The notes: generated by a model not told the origin, from the letters alone. A DNA stretch of 64,000 nucleotides from Candidatus Magasanikiibacteriota bacterium (GCA_041674805.1 JBAYVA010000002.1:184294-248293); one strand, 5' to 3'; positions 9,078-19,225 are shown, counted from the stretch's first letter. Program-made: numbers and translations.

Positions 9078-10418
9078 TCAAATAAATTTTTTAATATAGC
9101 TATTTACATCAAATTTATTTTTGCAACCATTATAATTCATATAACGTATTTTGCCAAAAACTTCTCTCTCAAACCAAGCTCTGTCATGTACACCAGCGAT
9201 AGACCAAGCGACACCGACGTAGCCATTTGGATCACGACCATCTAGTTCATATTTATCGTTTAAATATATCGCAATTTTGAAAGCTTCTTTTGCAGATTTA
9301 CTCCATTCCAAAATTTTCTTGGCCCAGTACATACGCATATAACCGTGCATTTTGCCTGTTGTCACCATTTCTTTTTGAGCAGAGTTCCACAAGTCGTCAT
9401 GAGTCTTGGCTTCTTCAAATTGTTTTTTGCTATATAGATATTCACGTTTGTCTTGTGAGTGTTCTTGCAAAGTTGTCAAAGCCCAGTTTGGTGCTCCTTT
9501 TAGAGAATCATAGTTTGGATTATAAAAACAATAATTATCACTTAGCTCACGTCTGACAATCAATTCTTCCAAAAAAGTTTCTTTGGCTGTTTTGCTAGCT
9601 TCGGATTTGTTTATTTCTAGAGCAATTCTTTGAGCGGAAATTTGTCCAAAGTGTAAGTAAGGAGACAAATTGGAAACAGCATTTTTGTTTGGATCATTTT
9701 TGTCTAAGTGATATTGATTTAGAGAATTTTTTATAAAACTTTTTAGTTGTTGTTTGGCAAAATTTTCGCCTGAGGATAACCAATCAATAGGTTTTACATT
9801 TTTGTCCACCTCAATCTTTTTGTAAACATTCTTCCAGTTTATTTTTTTTGCTTTGGTTGGAAAATTTATTTTTTGAATAACAACTTTGGGAAATTCAGTT
9901 AGATAATCTTTTAGTATTTTGTTTATTTTTGGTCTAAGAGTATAAGCTCCATATTCTTGCTTGTTTGAAGCTACAAAACAGGGAACAATATTGTGGGCGT
10001 CAACTTCTAAAAAAGGTATCTCAATATTTTTGATAATACTATTTTTCCAATTTCTATTTATTTTTAGTGGTGAGAAATCAGAAACGATAATACCAACTTT
10101 GTTTTTCTTTACAAATTTTGGAATCTCTTCTTCGGCCTTGCCCCAAGTCAAAAAAAATGGGATATTATATTTTTTTAGTTCAGTTTCCAAAGTTTGTAAA
10201 CCTTTTAGCATGAAATCGTATTGTCGCAAAGTTGCCCCAAGGAATGTTGGTACTAGATTGAAGACTACTGCAACAGGAGCTTCATTTTTTTGTCCCGCTT
10301 TTAGAGCGTAGAGCAAAGCCCAATTGTCATGCACACGCATATCACGACTCATCCAATAGACAATAGCGCCTTTTTTATATTCAAAATTGTTTAGTTGTCG
10401 GCTTCTGTTTGGGAGCAT
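9078..10418 (-). CDS. phr: Deoxyribodipyrimidine photolyase, class II (CPD photolyase).
   Basis: 'YWMSRDMRVHDNWALLYA' is the class II signature region; 446 aa with a Trp-rich FAD-binding C-terminal half. Confidence 0.8.
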   Translation of the reverse strand: MLPNRSRQLNNFEYKKGAIVYWMSRDMRVHDNWALLYALKAGQKNEAPVAVVFNLVPTFLGATLRQYDFMLKGLQTLETELKKYNIPFFLTWGKAEEEIPKFVKKNKVGIIVSDFSPLKINRNWKNSIIKNIEIPFLEVDAHNIVPCFVASNKQEYGAYTLRPKINKILKDYLTEFPKVVIQKINFPTKAKKINWKNVYKKIEVDKNVKPIDWLSSGENFAKQQLKSFIKNSLNQYHLDKNDPNKNAVSNLSPYLHFGQISAQRIALEINKSEASKTAKETFLEELIVRRELSDNYCFYNPNYDSLKGAPNWALTTLQEHSQDKREYLYSKKQFEEAKTHDDLWNSAQKEMVTTGKMHGYMRMYWAKKILEWSKSAKEAFKIAIYLNDKYELDGRDPNGYVGVAWSIAGVHDRAWFEREVFGKIRYMNYNGCKNKFDVNSYIKKFI

Positions 10419-10421
10419 AAG

Positions 10422-10772
10422 TTATTTTGTTAAGTTTTCTTTTACTCTAAATTTTACCATTGCTGTTATCAAATCATAAGGTACGGACTCTTCCACAGGA
10501 AATTGGATAGCACCTTTTGATGTCTTATATTTTTTGAGTTTATTAGCAAATTTTGTAATGGCAGAAGGTCCAGGATAAAAGCCAATATGATTTTCATAAG
10601 CAGCAAAATGGACTAGATTTTTTTTCAATACAAAAGTAGGTATACCATAACTTATTTTTTCTGTAGCTTCTGTGGCATTTGCTATTATTATTTTTCTGAT
10701 AGATTGCAATATGTTTTGAATTTCTTTGGGAAAATTATTTATATAAGAATCTATGTCAGAGTATTTTTTCAT
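10422..10772 (-). CDS. DUF1801 (YdhG-like) domain protein.
   Basis: ISYGIPTFVLKKNLVHFAAYENHIGFYPGPSAI...FPVEE pattern. Confidence 0.55.
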   Translation of the reverse strand: MKKYSDIDSYINNFPKEIQNILQSIRKIIIANATEATEKISYGIPTFVLKKNLVHFAAYENHIGFYPGPSAITKFANKLKKYKTSKGAIQFPVEESVPYDLITAMVKFRVKENLTK

Positions 10773-11242
10773 ATTTTTTTTGATAAAATATAAGTCGTTA
10801 CTTTTTGATTTTCAATCAAGTCAAAAGATTTTTTTTGTAATTTGTAACCTTGTTTTTGATAAAATGCTTTGGCTGTAATAGTTGATTGTACTTTTATTTT
10901 TTTACAGCCTTGTTTGCACAAAGATTTTTCAACTGTTTTGATAAGTTTATTACCAACACCTTTGCCAATATAATCTTTGTGAACATAAAGTCCCCAGATT
11001 TCACATTTGTAAAAAGGATGATCTGTAAAACCAATAATTTTTTCACCATCAAGAGCGACCCATCTTTTGCACTTGTTGGCGCTATCACGAAAACGCTTAG
11101 CAGAAGTGCGACCAGACCAAACTTTGATTACTTCAGGAGTGTAATCATTTTTATTTACGTTTCTGATTGTTTGTCTATGCATGCGAGCTATGGCTGCATA
11201 ATTTTCATCGCGAGCAAAGCGGATTTTCATATTTTTGTTCAT
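10769..11242 (-). CDS. GNAT-family N-acetyltransferase.
   Basis: The acetyl-CoA motif region 'VHKDYIGKGVGNKLI'; 157 aa. Confidence 0.7.
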   Translation of the reverse strand: MNKNMKIRFARDENYAAIARMHRQTIRNVNKNDYTPEVIKVWSGRTSAKRFRDSANKCKRWVALDGEKIIGFTDHPFYKCEIWGLYVHKDYIGKGVGNKLIKTVEKSLCKQGCKKIKVQSTITAKAFYQKQGYKLQKKSFDLIENQKVTTYILSKKI

Positions 11243-11258
11243 TATTTATGTATATATT

Positions 11259-11462
11259 TTAGCTTGTTGTTGGTTTTTTGGCAAACATTTTTTTAATTTT
11301 GGATAAACTTGGATAAACAAAGTCGTTTTCTCCATCTATAAAACCTATAAAATATTTTTTTTCTAATTTTTGTAGAATGTATAGATTTTTTATTATTTTT
11401 TTATAATCATTTTTAGTATATAATGCTTTTTCAGGATATTGATTAAATACAAAGATTAACAT
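11259..11462 (-). CDS. Hypothetical small protein.
   Basis: 67-aa ORF with an AAGGTGA Shine-Dalgarno about 8 nt upstream. Confidence 0.35.
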   Translation of the reverse strand: MLIFVFNQYPEKALYTKNDYKKIIKNLYILQKLEKKYFIGFIDGENDFVYPSLSKIKKMFAKKPTTS

Positions 11463-11582
11463 TTTAAATTTACTTTCACCTTCTTTTAATTGAGTTAATT
11501 TATCTTCTATTTTTGAATTAAATTTTTTTATAAATCTATCATCATCAAGAATATAATAATTTTGTTTTTCATTTTTTTTGCG

Positions 11583-11915
11583 TTAATGTTCTTTGGTAAA
11601 GCAAGTTACTTCTATATCAAATTTATCATTTGATAAACTGGCTAATATATCAACATTTTTCTTTTTTTTATGTCTTTTTAATATTTCTATATTTTTAAAA
11701 GATATCGTATTTAAAAAAATTACAGAACGAAGTTCTGCAAGAATAGATTCTAGTTTTTCTTTTTTAGTGTCTACTATAATATAATCACATTTTTCTAAGA
11801 TTTCTTCTTTTGTATATTTTGTTATTTTAGATACTTTTTCTAATAAAATTTTTACTTTGTTTAGATTATCATTTGTATACCCTAAATTTTTTATATAATT
11901 AAAAAATGGTTCTAT
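11583..11915 (-). CDS. Hypothetical protein; the start is taken at MIEPFF, downstream of the tRNA.
   Basis: The listed ORF 11583..12017 runs through the tRNA-Ser gene, so the realistic start is the internal Met. Confidence 0.4.
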   Translation of the reverse strand: MEPFFNYIKNLGYTNDNLNKVKILLEKVSKITKYTKEEILEKCDYIIVDTKKEKLESILAELRSVIFLNTISFKNIEILKRHKKKKNVDILASLSNDKFDIEVTCFTKEH

Positions 11916-11932
11916 CATATTTTTAAATTTAG

Positions 11933-12023
11933 CGGAGAGAGAGGGATTCGAACCCTCGGTCCCGATATGATCGGGACACCGCTTTTCGAGAGCGGCACCT
12001 TCAACCAACTCAGACATCTCTCC
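11933..12023 (-). tRNA. tRNA-Ser (anticodon CGA), a type II tRNA with a long variable arm.
   Basis: Reverse complement GGAGAGATGTCTGAGTTGGTTGAAGGTGCCGCTCTCGAAAAGCGGTGTCCCGATCATATCGGGACCGAGGGTTCGAATCCCTCTCTCTCCG. The acceptor GGAGAGA/TCTCTCC pairs fully, the anticodon loop is CTCGAAA, the variable stem is TCCCGAT/ATCGGGA and the T-arm is GAGGGTTCGAATCCCTC. Confidence 0.85.
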
Positions 12024-12041
12024 ATGTTAATTATACAGAAT

Positions 12042-13295
12042 TTAGTTTGTATAATTAATTATTTTTTTTGATAAACTTAAATATATTAAAAACCAAAACA
12101 GAATGGCTAAATCGTTTTTTATATAAGGTGAATCTACTAAACCTGTTATAAGTAACATTAGTAAACTTAATAATAAAAAGTTATTATAAATATTTTTTTC
12201 TTTGATATTTTTGTGTAATATATATACTAAGATTATTATAAATGATAGCAAACCTATTAATCCAGTATTTACCCAAATTGTCAAAAATATGTTGTGAGGA
12301 TGATGGTATATTTCAATATATTCACCATTTACTTTTTGATGATATGTTTTTATTTCTTGGCTATAAGAACCTAAACCACTTCCTTTTATTGGATGATCTT
12401 TTAAATACTCTAAAGTTTCTTTCCAAATTCCAATTCTAATTTGTCCAGATCTGTCTTGTAGTATTAATTCTGTTTTTATATTTTGTAATTTTGGTAAATT
12501 AAAAATTAATAGTGATGAAAATATTGTTAATATTATGATAATCCAACGTGTTTTTTTATAGAATAGAAGAATTAAAAATATTGCACTGAAAATACTTACC
12601 AAAGCTCCTGTAGACTTGGCAAAGAATATAGCAGGTAATGATGTAATTATAAATAAAGTTCCTAATAAAAAAGGCCATGATTTCACTGAGTGGTTTTTTA
12701 GATTATATAGTGCTATTGCAAAAATTGGTGCCAAAAATAATCCAACTCCATTTGGAAATCCATACCATGCTGTTACTCTGTAAGTATTAAGATTTTCCCA
12801 AAAAGCATATGGTACAAAAAATCCTGTAAAATGTTGATAAATAGCAAATAAGGATGTGGCTAGTCCAGACATTAATAAACCATTTATTATATATTTTTTT
12901 ATATCTATAGATATATTTGTAATTATAAAAAATAGTATTATTGGTTCTAGATAAAAAGCTTTCCATTCACCTAATGCTTGTTTTGTGTTGTGGTTAAATA
13001 ATATAGATACAGTAGCAAAAAATAAAAATAATAAAATTGAGATGTATAATAATTTATTTTTTTTAAAATTTATTTTTAAATTATTTATAATTTCATTTTT
13101 ATATTTTATAAAACTAATTATAATTAGTATGATAATTTGTAATTCTAAAAAAGTTGTTGGAATTTCTAAAAAATTAAAACGTAATAGATAAGTAGGTAAA
13201 AACAAAGCTAATAAAAAAAATGAGTATTCAATTTTTTTGAAACTAATAATTGTAAAAATACTTAAATAAACAATTGTTAAAAACCACATTATCAT
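12042..13295 (-). CDS. O-antigen ligase / Wzy-like polysaccharide polymerase family membrane protein (paralog 1).
   Basis: 12 predicted TM segments; 'HPHNIFLTIWVNTGLIGL' and 'LVDSPYIKNDLAILFW' motifs are shared with the gene at 13732..15006. Confidence 0.65.
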   Translation of the reverse strand: MIMWFLTIVYLSIFTIISFKKIEYSFFLLALFLPTYLLRFNFLEIPTTFLELQIIILIIISFIKYKNEIINNLKINFKKNKLLYISILLFLFFATVSILFNHNTKQALGEWKAFYLEPIILFFIITNISIDIKKYIINGLLMSGLATSLFAIYQHFTGFFVPYAFWENLNTYRVTAWYGFPNGVGLFLAPIFAIALYNLKNHSVKSWPFLLGTLFIITSLPAIFFAKSTGALVSIFSAIFLILLFYKKTRWIIIILTIFSSLLIFNLPKLQNIKTELILQDRSGQIRIGIWKETLEYLKDHPIKGSGLGSYSQEIKTYHQKVNGEYIEIYHHPHNIFLTIWVNTGLIGLLSFIIILVYILHKNIKEKNIYNNFLLLSLLMLLITGLVDSPYIKNDLAILFWFLIYLSLSKKIINYTN

Positions 13296-13466
13296 ATTAT
13301 TTTTTTATACTTAAAATTTCTTTTATTTCGTTTTTATTTAATAGGTGTTTATTGAATATGATATTAATATACTAAATAATATAACAATTAGTAGTTGCAA
13401 CTTATATTTTAGATTTCTTTTTATTACTGTCATCCATGCAGCTCCATACATACCATATTTTGGTAT

Positions 13467-13555
13467 AAATGAGAGAGGGATTCGAACCCTCGGTCCAGCT
13501 TGCGCAGAACAACTGATTTCGAGTCAGTCCCATTCGACCACTCTGGCATCTCTCC
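13467..13555 (-). tRNA. Second tRNA-Ser(CGA)-like gene whose 3' acceptor strand is replaced by unrelated sequence; possibly a pseudo-tRNA.
   Basis: Reverse complement GGAGAGATGCCAGAGTGGTCGAATGGGACTGACTCGAAATCAGTTGTTCTGCGCAAGCTGGACCGAGGGTTCGAATCCCTCTCTC, but then ATTTATACC follows instead of TCCG. The D-arm, anticodon arm (CTCGAAA) and T-arm are canonical. The last three acceptor pairs would be A-A, G-U and G-U. Confidence 0.55.
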
Positions 13556-13731
13556 ATCTTTTAAGTAATAAGCAAATTAAGCAGAATATGCAGAATAAGT
13601 GGCTTATTGTGTGTAAGCACCTTGTAAGCATTGTTAATGTTATTACAAATTAACCACAAAAGCAAGTTCATGTCTAAATTTGCCAAAAGCTCTTTTTTTG
13701 GCTATGATATATTTGCTTAATCAAATATATT

Positions 13732-15006
13732 ATGCTTATTTTAGCTCTTATTTACTTTGTTACAATTTTGTTTGTTAGTTACAAGAATTTTGCTTTTGGA
13801 CTTTATAGTTTTGCTTTGGTTTTGCCATTATATTTTTTACGTCCACAAATTGGATTTTTGCCAACGACTATCTTAGAAATTCATTTTGGAGCGGTCTTTT
13901 TGGTCTGGCTTTTTTCTTATGCCAAACAAGATTGGAGCAGAATCAAAGAATTTTTGCAAAATAATAAATTATTTAGTTGGGGTTTGTTTGTTTTTTTTGT
14001 AGCTTCTTTTGCAAGTATTTTCGTCAGTGCCATTGGTTCATTTGAACCTCTACAAAAAATTATTTTGGCAGCTGGTATTTGGCGAGCTTATTTCTTGGAG
14101 CCAATCATATTATTTTTTATTTTAGTTGGTCGTCAGCAAAATTTTTCCAAAATGAAAATGATTTGGGCTTTTTTTATCAGTGCTTTTTTAGTTAGTCTGG
14201 TAGCTGTAGCACAAGAAATATTTTTTGTTTTAAACTGGCAATTTCCATATTTTGGTATGGCTATTCCTGGTCGTATGAATAGTGTTTATACCACACCAAA
14301 TGCGATTGGACTTTTTACTTTGCCGATTTTATTTTTGAGTTTGTTTTTACAAAATAATTTTTACAACAACAATCAAAAATATTTTTATTATTTTTCAATT
14401 CTCATCATTTTACTTGCCAATTTTTTTTCTTTTTCGCAAGGTGCTTGGGTAGCTTTGGCAGCGGCTAGTGTGGTTTATCTATTTTTTGTTGGTTACAAAA
14501 AGTTTAGTATAAGTTTGGTGGTTTTGGGTATGATGATTGTCTTAGTAATACCTTCTTTCCGTTCTGTAATACTGTTTCAAGACAAAGCAGGTAATAATAG
14601 ATTTGTTTTAGCTGAGTTTACTTGGGATTATTTGACTGATTCTCCTAGACAATTTGTGACCGGAGCAGGACTTCGTAATTTTTATGATGCGGTAGAGAAT
14701 CCTCGTCGTGATCCAAAAAAATTGGAACCTTTGACTTTTCCTCACAATATTTTTTTGAATTTTTGGTCAGAAGTTGGTTTGTTTGGTATGTTGTCTTTTG
14801 TTTTTATTTATTTTTTACTGGTGAGGCAATCTTTCAAACTTGATCACAAAAAAAGAGCTATTTTTTTGGCTCTTTTAGTTGCTATATTCGTACAGGGATT
14901 AGTAGATGTTCCTTATTTCAAAAATGATTTAGCTTTTGCTTTTTGGATTATTGTTTTTTTTATTTTTTTCAATCAAATAACTTTAGTAGAAAAAAAGTCT
15001 GTGTAG
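13732..15006 (+). CDS. O-antigen ligase / Wzy-like family membrane protein (paralog 2).
   Basis: 'FPHNIFLNFWSEVGLFGM' and 'LVDVPYFKNDLAFAFW' are paralogous to the gene at 12042..13295; multi-TM. Confidence 0.65.
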   Translation: MLILALIYFVTILFVSYKNFAFGLYSFALVLPLYFLRPQIGFLPTTILEIHFGAVFLVWLFSYAKQDWSRIKEFLQNNKLFSWGLFVFFVASFASIFVSAIGSFEPLQKIILAAGIWRAYFLEPIILFFILVGRQQNFSKMKMIWAFFISAFLVSLVAVAQEIFFVLNWQFPYFGMAIPGRMNSVYTTPNAIGLFTLPILFLSLFLQNNFYNNNQKYFYYFSILIILLANFFSFSQGAWVALAAASVVYLFFVGYKKFSISLVVLGMMIVLVIPSFRSVILFQDKAGNNRFVLAEFTWDYLTDSPRQFVTGAGLRNFYDAVENPRRDPKKLEPLTFPHNIFLNFWSEVGLFGMLSFVFIYFLLVRQSFKLDHKKRAIFLALLVAIFVQGLVDVPYFKNDLAFAFWIIVFFIFFNQITLVEKKSV

Positions 15007-15037
15007 TTTTAAACTAAAAATTTTGTTTGAGTTCAAA

Positions 15038-16528
15038 TTATTTTTTCAATATGAGCAACTCTTTGAGTTGTTCTTTTGATATTGCTTTACTAACTAAGAT
15101 CATAACAAAATATACTAAGGCTGCTAGTATAATTAAGATTATAATTGGTAAATTTTTCCACCAAATTATGGCAAGACCCATCACAGCACTAGACAAGATT
15201 ACTTTAATCAAAAAAACAAAGTTTAGTTTTTCTTTGATATTTTTTTGTGCGACCAAAGTCAACATAATAGCGGCATACCATTCAGAAAAAACTGTCATCC
15301 AAGCTGCACCATACATGCCATATTTTGGTATAAAAATCATGTAGCCAATCAAAGTCAAAAAAGCATTAGTAATATATACCCAAAGTACTTTTTTTTGTAA
15401 ATTGACAGCGACTGCTAGATGACCAAAAATACCTGCCCAAAAGACACCAAAGACAGCTAAAGATAAAATTTGTAAAGCATCACCAGATAAAAAGAATTTA
15501 TTTCCAGCTACCAAAATCATTATTTCGTGTGATAACAAAAATAAACCAGTAAACATTGGTATGGCTACTAGCATCATTGAGTTTACTGACATTTGATATC
15601 TTTTTTGAAATTCTTCTTTATTATTTTGGGCCCAAGAAGCTGCTAAGAGTGGAAGCATTATGCCCATAATCATCATAGCTGTTTGAACTACGATGTCTAT
15701 GACACGGTAAGCTGCTCCATAAATACTGACCTCTGCTTGGCTGGCAAAATAACTTAAGATTAAGATATCTCCTTTTAAATAAATAACATTAAAAATTATA
15801 GCGATAGCTATGGGCCACATTTTTATTATAATTTGTCGCCAGATTATTTTGTCAAATTCAAATTTTATTTTGTTGATTTTGTTTATATACAAATAGAGAG
15901 TCAGCGTATAAGCCAAACTAGCTAAAATGATAATAAACATTATATTCAAAAAATTGCTTTGGTAATAAATACCAATTACAAGTCCTAATACCAAAATTAC
16001 TCTACCAATAATTTCACCTAATGCTTGAATTTGCATTTTTAATTTTTCTTGTAAAAAACCTATAAAAACTTGGTTTAGAGCGATAGAAAAAAATGATATA
16101 GCTGTAAAAAAGATAGCTACTTTAACAATGCTTGGATAAGGCAAAAGCAAAGATGTTAGTGGGGCGATTGTCAAAAAGAATAAAGCTGAAAAGAATCTAA
16201 AGGTTATTAAATTATTAAAAATCTTTTCTTGTTCTTGTTTGTTTTCACTTAGCATTTGGGCAGTAAGGGGAGTCATGCCAAAATCAATCAATATACCAAT
16301 GACGCTCAAAAAAGAAATAGTAGTAATGTACCAACCAAATTTTTCTACACCTAAATAGCGGGTCATCATGGCTATAGCTACGAGTCCTAAAACGGTAGAT
16401 ATGATTTTACCTGCCATTTGAAAGAAAGTATTATGTGCGACTTGTTTTACAAGAGACATATGTTTATATATTTTAGTATTTTGTTTTATTTTTATGTTAA
16501 TTTTAGCAAATTGAGCTAAAATTAGCAA
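15038..16528 (-). CDS. Polysaccharide/oligosaccharide flippase (Wzx, MOP superfamily).
   Basis: 496 aa, about 14 TM helices, starting 'MSLVKQVAHNTFFQMAGKIISTVLGL' as is typical of Wzx. Confidence 0.7.
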   Translation of the reverse strand: MLILAQFAKINIKIKQNTKIYKHMSLVKQVAHNTFFQMAGKIISTVLGLVAIAMMTRYLGVEKFGWYITTISFLSVIGILIDFGMTPLTAQMLSENKQEQEKIFNNLITFRFFSALFFLTIAPLTSLLLPYPSIVKVAIFFTAISFFSIALNQVFIGFLQEKLKMQIQALGEIIGRVILVLGLVIGIYYQSNFLNIMFIIILASLAYTLTLYLYINKINKIKFEFDKIIWRQIIIKMWPIAIAIIFNVIYLKGDILILSYFASQAEVSIYGAAYRVIDIVVQTAMMIMGIMLPLLAASWAQNNKEEFQKRYQMSVNSMMLVAIPMFTGLFLLSHEIMILVAGNKFFLSGDALQILSLAVFGVFWAGIFGHLAVAVNLQKKVLWVYITNAFLTLIGYMIFIPKYGMYGAAWMTVFSEWYAAIMLTLVAQKNIKEKLNFVFLIKVILSSAVMGLAIIWWKNLPIIILIILAALVYFVMILVSKAISKEQLKELLILKK

Positions 16529-16613
16529 TCATAAGGGGGTGTTGGTTAAAATATACAAAATGTGTTATAATAATTTAGATAATAAAAAATAATTTTTATT
16601 TTTATTTAATTTT

Positions 16614-18521
16614 ATGTTTAAAAAAACAAATTTATTTTTAGTAGTTTTTTTCGCTCTGTGTAGCTTATTTATTTTCAATATTACCAAAGCACAAGAAATT
16701 TTGCCAGTAGTAAGTATTAGAGATGAAGGTTTGGTAGCTAAATATGTCAGTCAAAGTGTAAATGATCCTATCAAAATTGAAGCTGGGTCAACTTTGAATA
16801 TAGATATAAAATTCAAAAATGTTGGTACTAAAATCTGGGATAATAGTGGCAAAAATTTTATTTCGGCTTTTACCATGGAACCTCGTTATCGTGCTTCATC
16901 TTTTGTGGGTAGTAATTGGATAGATAAAACACAAACTACGAAGATGTCACCAGCTGTTGTCAAAGTAGGAGAAACAGGTACTTTGAGTATTCAAATAAAA
17001 GCACCAGAAAAAGTTGGTGTGTATAAAGAAAAATTTTGGTTAGCCTCTCAAAATTATTCTTGGTTAAAAGGTGGTTATTTTTATTTTGAATTTAGTGTAG
17101 TTTCTAAGACAACAGTAAGTAGCAATAATAATGCAGTTCCAAATAATACTGTCTCAAATAATACTTCATCTACCAATACTAATGAAATAAGTTCATATAA
17201 AGCAAAAAAAGTAATGTTTAATAAAAAAGAAGTATTAGCCAATGGTGGTCAAGCTGTAAAATTGATTTTAGGTTTACAAAATTTGGGTTCAGTTGCTTGG
17301 AAAAAATATACTATTTTAGCCAATAGTCCAGCTTCTGTTTCTAGCAGTAATACTAGTGCAACTTTTGCTGATAATTCTTGGATAAATAATAATACAGTTT
17401 TAGAAAACAATACTACCGTAGAACAATGGTCTACAACTAGAGATGAATTTAATTTTGTAACTCCTGCTAAACAAGGTAATTATAATTTGACTTTGAAATT
17501 GATGGCAGACGACAAAATGATAGAAGATTTTGAATTAAATATTCCAGTCACTGTAACTGCAGATGCTCCAAATTATGTATCTCCTCAGTTTGATACAGAT
17601 AGTAGCAATATTGTTGTAGAAGAATCTCCACGTTTGGCTGAAGAACCAAAAATTAGAGTAGGTCTTTGGCAAAATCCTGAAGATCAAGTTATTTTCAAAT
17701 CAAACGAAGATGATTTTGTTGTTTTTGCTGGTAGTGAAGAAAAAGGTGTTTTGTCTCAAAGTAATGTAGCTAAGATGTTTTACAAAGAAGGAGTTTATTA
17801 TTTTAGTTCTGCTGATTTGAATTTTGAATCATCGGAATATTTACGTTTAGTTCCTGCCAACAATTGGCATGCAGTATTTGATCTTACTAATTTTGAAAGA
17901 AAAGTAACTTGGAAAGGTCCTTCAAATTTCAATAAATATCGTGGAGCAATGGAATTACGCAAAGTAAGTAGTGGTTCTGATGTTTATGTAATTGAAGAAG
18001 TTTTGATGGAAGATTATGTTGCTGGCATTGCTGAAACTTCCAATGCTGGACCAAAAGAATATATCAAAGCCCTTTTGACAGCTGCTCGTACTTATGCTTA
18101 TTATATAAAAGAATATACTACCAAACATGATGCCCGCAATTTTGATGTAGTTGCTCATACTGGTGATCAATTATATTTGGGTTATGCTAGTGAATTATTG
18201 ATGCCAAATGTAGTCAGTGCTCAACAAGAGACTCGTGGTTATATGGTTACTTATAATAAAGATTATATTATTACACCATATTATAGTACTAGTGATGGAC
18301 GAACGAGATCTTGGACTGAAGTTTGGGGTGGAGCACACAAACCTTGGTTGGTTTCAGTGCCTGCTATTTATGATGCAAAAGACAAAAAAGCTATGGCTGG
18401 TCATGGTGTAGGTATGAGTGCTCGTGATGCTGCTTATATGGCTGATGAGGCTGGTACTCTTTGGAAAGATATTCTAAAATATTATTATACAGGCGTAAGT
18501 ATAGATCTTATTTACAGATAG
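16614..18521 (+). CDS. Secreted SpoIID/LytB-domain protein with N-terminal Ig-like/CARDB-like domains.
   Basis: A signal peptide; the C-terminal 'YVAGIAETSNAGPKEYIKALLTAARTYAYY...VVAHTGDQLYLGY...TRGYMVTYN...PYYSTSDGRTRSWTEVWGG' is SpoIID/LytB-like. Confidence 0.75.
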   Translation: MFKKTNLFLVVFFALCSLFIFNITKAQEILPVVSIRDEGLVAKYVSQSVNDPIKIEAGSTLNIDIKFKNVGTKIWDNSGKNFISAFTMEPRYRASSFVGSNWIDKTQTTKMSPAVVKVGETGTLSIQIKAPEKVGVYKEKFWLASQNYSWLKGGYFYFEFSVVSKTTVSSNNNAVPNNTVSNNTSSTNTNEISSYKAKKVMFNKKEVLANGGQAVKLILGLQNLGSVAWKKYTILANSPASVSSSNTSATFADNSWINNNTVLENNTTVEQWSTTRDEFNFVTPAKQGNYNLTLKLMADDKMIEDFELNIPVTVTADAPNYVSPQFDTDSSNIVVEESPRLAEEPKIRVGLWQNPEDQVIFKSNEDDFVVFAGSEEKGVLSQSNVAKMFYKEGVYYFSSADLNFESSEYLRLVPANNWHAVFDLTNFERKVTWKGPSNFNKYRGAMELRKVSSGSDVYVIEEVLMEDYVAGIAETSNAGPKEYIKALLTAARTYAYYIKEYTTKHDARNFDVVAHTGDQLYLGYASELLMPNVVSAQQETRGYMVTYNKDYIITPYYSTSDGRTRSWTEVWGGAHKPWLVSVPAIYDAKDKKAMAGHGVGMSARDAAYMADEAGTLWKDILKYYYTGVSIDLIYR

Positions 18522-18524
18522 TTT

Positions 18525-19223
18525 ATGGTAGAGTTGATAACATTTAAGAAAAAATGTTTGGTGCCTAGCGAAAGAGTCTGTTTCAGACTCAAATTTTTGC
18601 GTGAACAAAAAAATATTTCTTTGTCTGAATTGGAAAACAGAACAAAAATTAGTAAGCTATATTTGGAAGCTATAGAACAATGTCGTTTTTCAGATTTACC
18701 ACAATCAAGTTTGTACAAAAAAAATTTTATCAAAAAATTTGTCAAAGCTTTGGGAGAAGATCCAAAATGTTTTGTAGATCAATTTGTCAAAGAAGAACTT
18801 ACTTATATACCACAAAATTCAAATACACCAAAACTAAAATATAATAAATATTATTTTAGTAATATGCCTAGTATTTTGCGTATTTCTACTTTTGTTTTAG
18901 TTATTGGTTCGTTGTTATTTTTTTTAGGATTTCATATCAAAAATATTTTGACCCCTCCTAATTTGATGGTTGTTTCTCCAGAAAATGGTTATATCAGCAA
19001 CAATAATTTTGTAGATGTGCATGGTAAGACTGACCCAGAAATTCAAATTACTATTAATAATCAAGCAGTAAAAAATGATTCAGATGGTAATTTTAATCAA
19101 AATATAAACCTTTTGCCTGGTATCAATACTTTTGTGATAAAGGCAAAAAATAAGCATGGTAAAACTACAGAAGAAATAAGAAATGTTATTTACAAAAACT
19201 CAGGATCTGTTTCTTTAAAGTAA
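18525..19223 (+). CDS. RodZ-like protein: an XRE-type HTH, a TM helix and a C-terminal beta domain.
   Basis: 'ISLSELENRTKISKLYLEAIEQ' HTH, TM 'ILRISTFVLVIGSLLFFLGF', then an extracytoplasmic domain. Confidence 0.55.
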   Translation: MVELITFKKKCLVPSERVCFRLKFLREQKNISLSELENRTKISKLYLEAIEQCRFSDLPQSSLYKKNFIKKFVKALGEDPKCFVDQFVKEELTYIPQNSNTPKLKYNKYYFSNMPSILRISTFVLVIGSLLFFLGFHIKNILTPPNLMVVSPENGYISNNNFVDVHGKTDPEIQITINNQAVKNDSDGNFNQNINLLPGINTFVIKAKNKHGKTTEEIRNVIYKNSGSVSLK

Positions 19224-19225
19224 AA

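Noticed and set aside
11259-11915. ORFs 11259..11462 and 11583..11915 are in the same minus-strand frame, separated by one TAA, suggesting a split pseudogene.
   Set aside because: The downstream ORF has its own strong AAGGTGA Shine-Dalgarno at the right spacing, and the 120 nt between them has no homology signal. Two small genes are more likely than a disrupted one.
13345-15344. Plus-strand ORFs 13345..13653 and 15027..15344, both containing 'AAPY(M/I)PYFGI'.
   Set aside because: They overlap the tRNA-Ser-like gene and the antisense of the flippase gene. The shared peptide is just the translation of the 45-nt DNA repeat, not a protein family.
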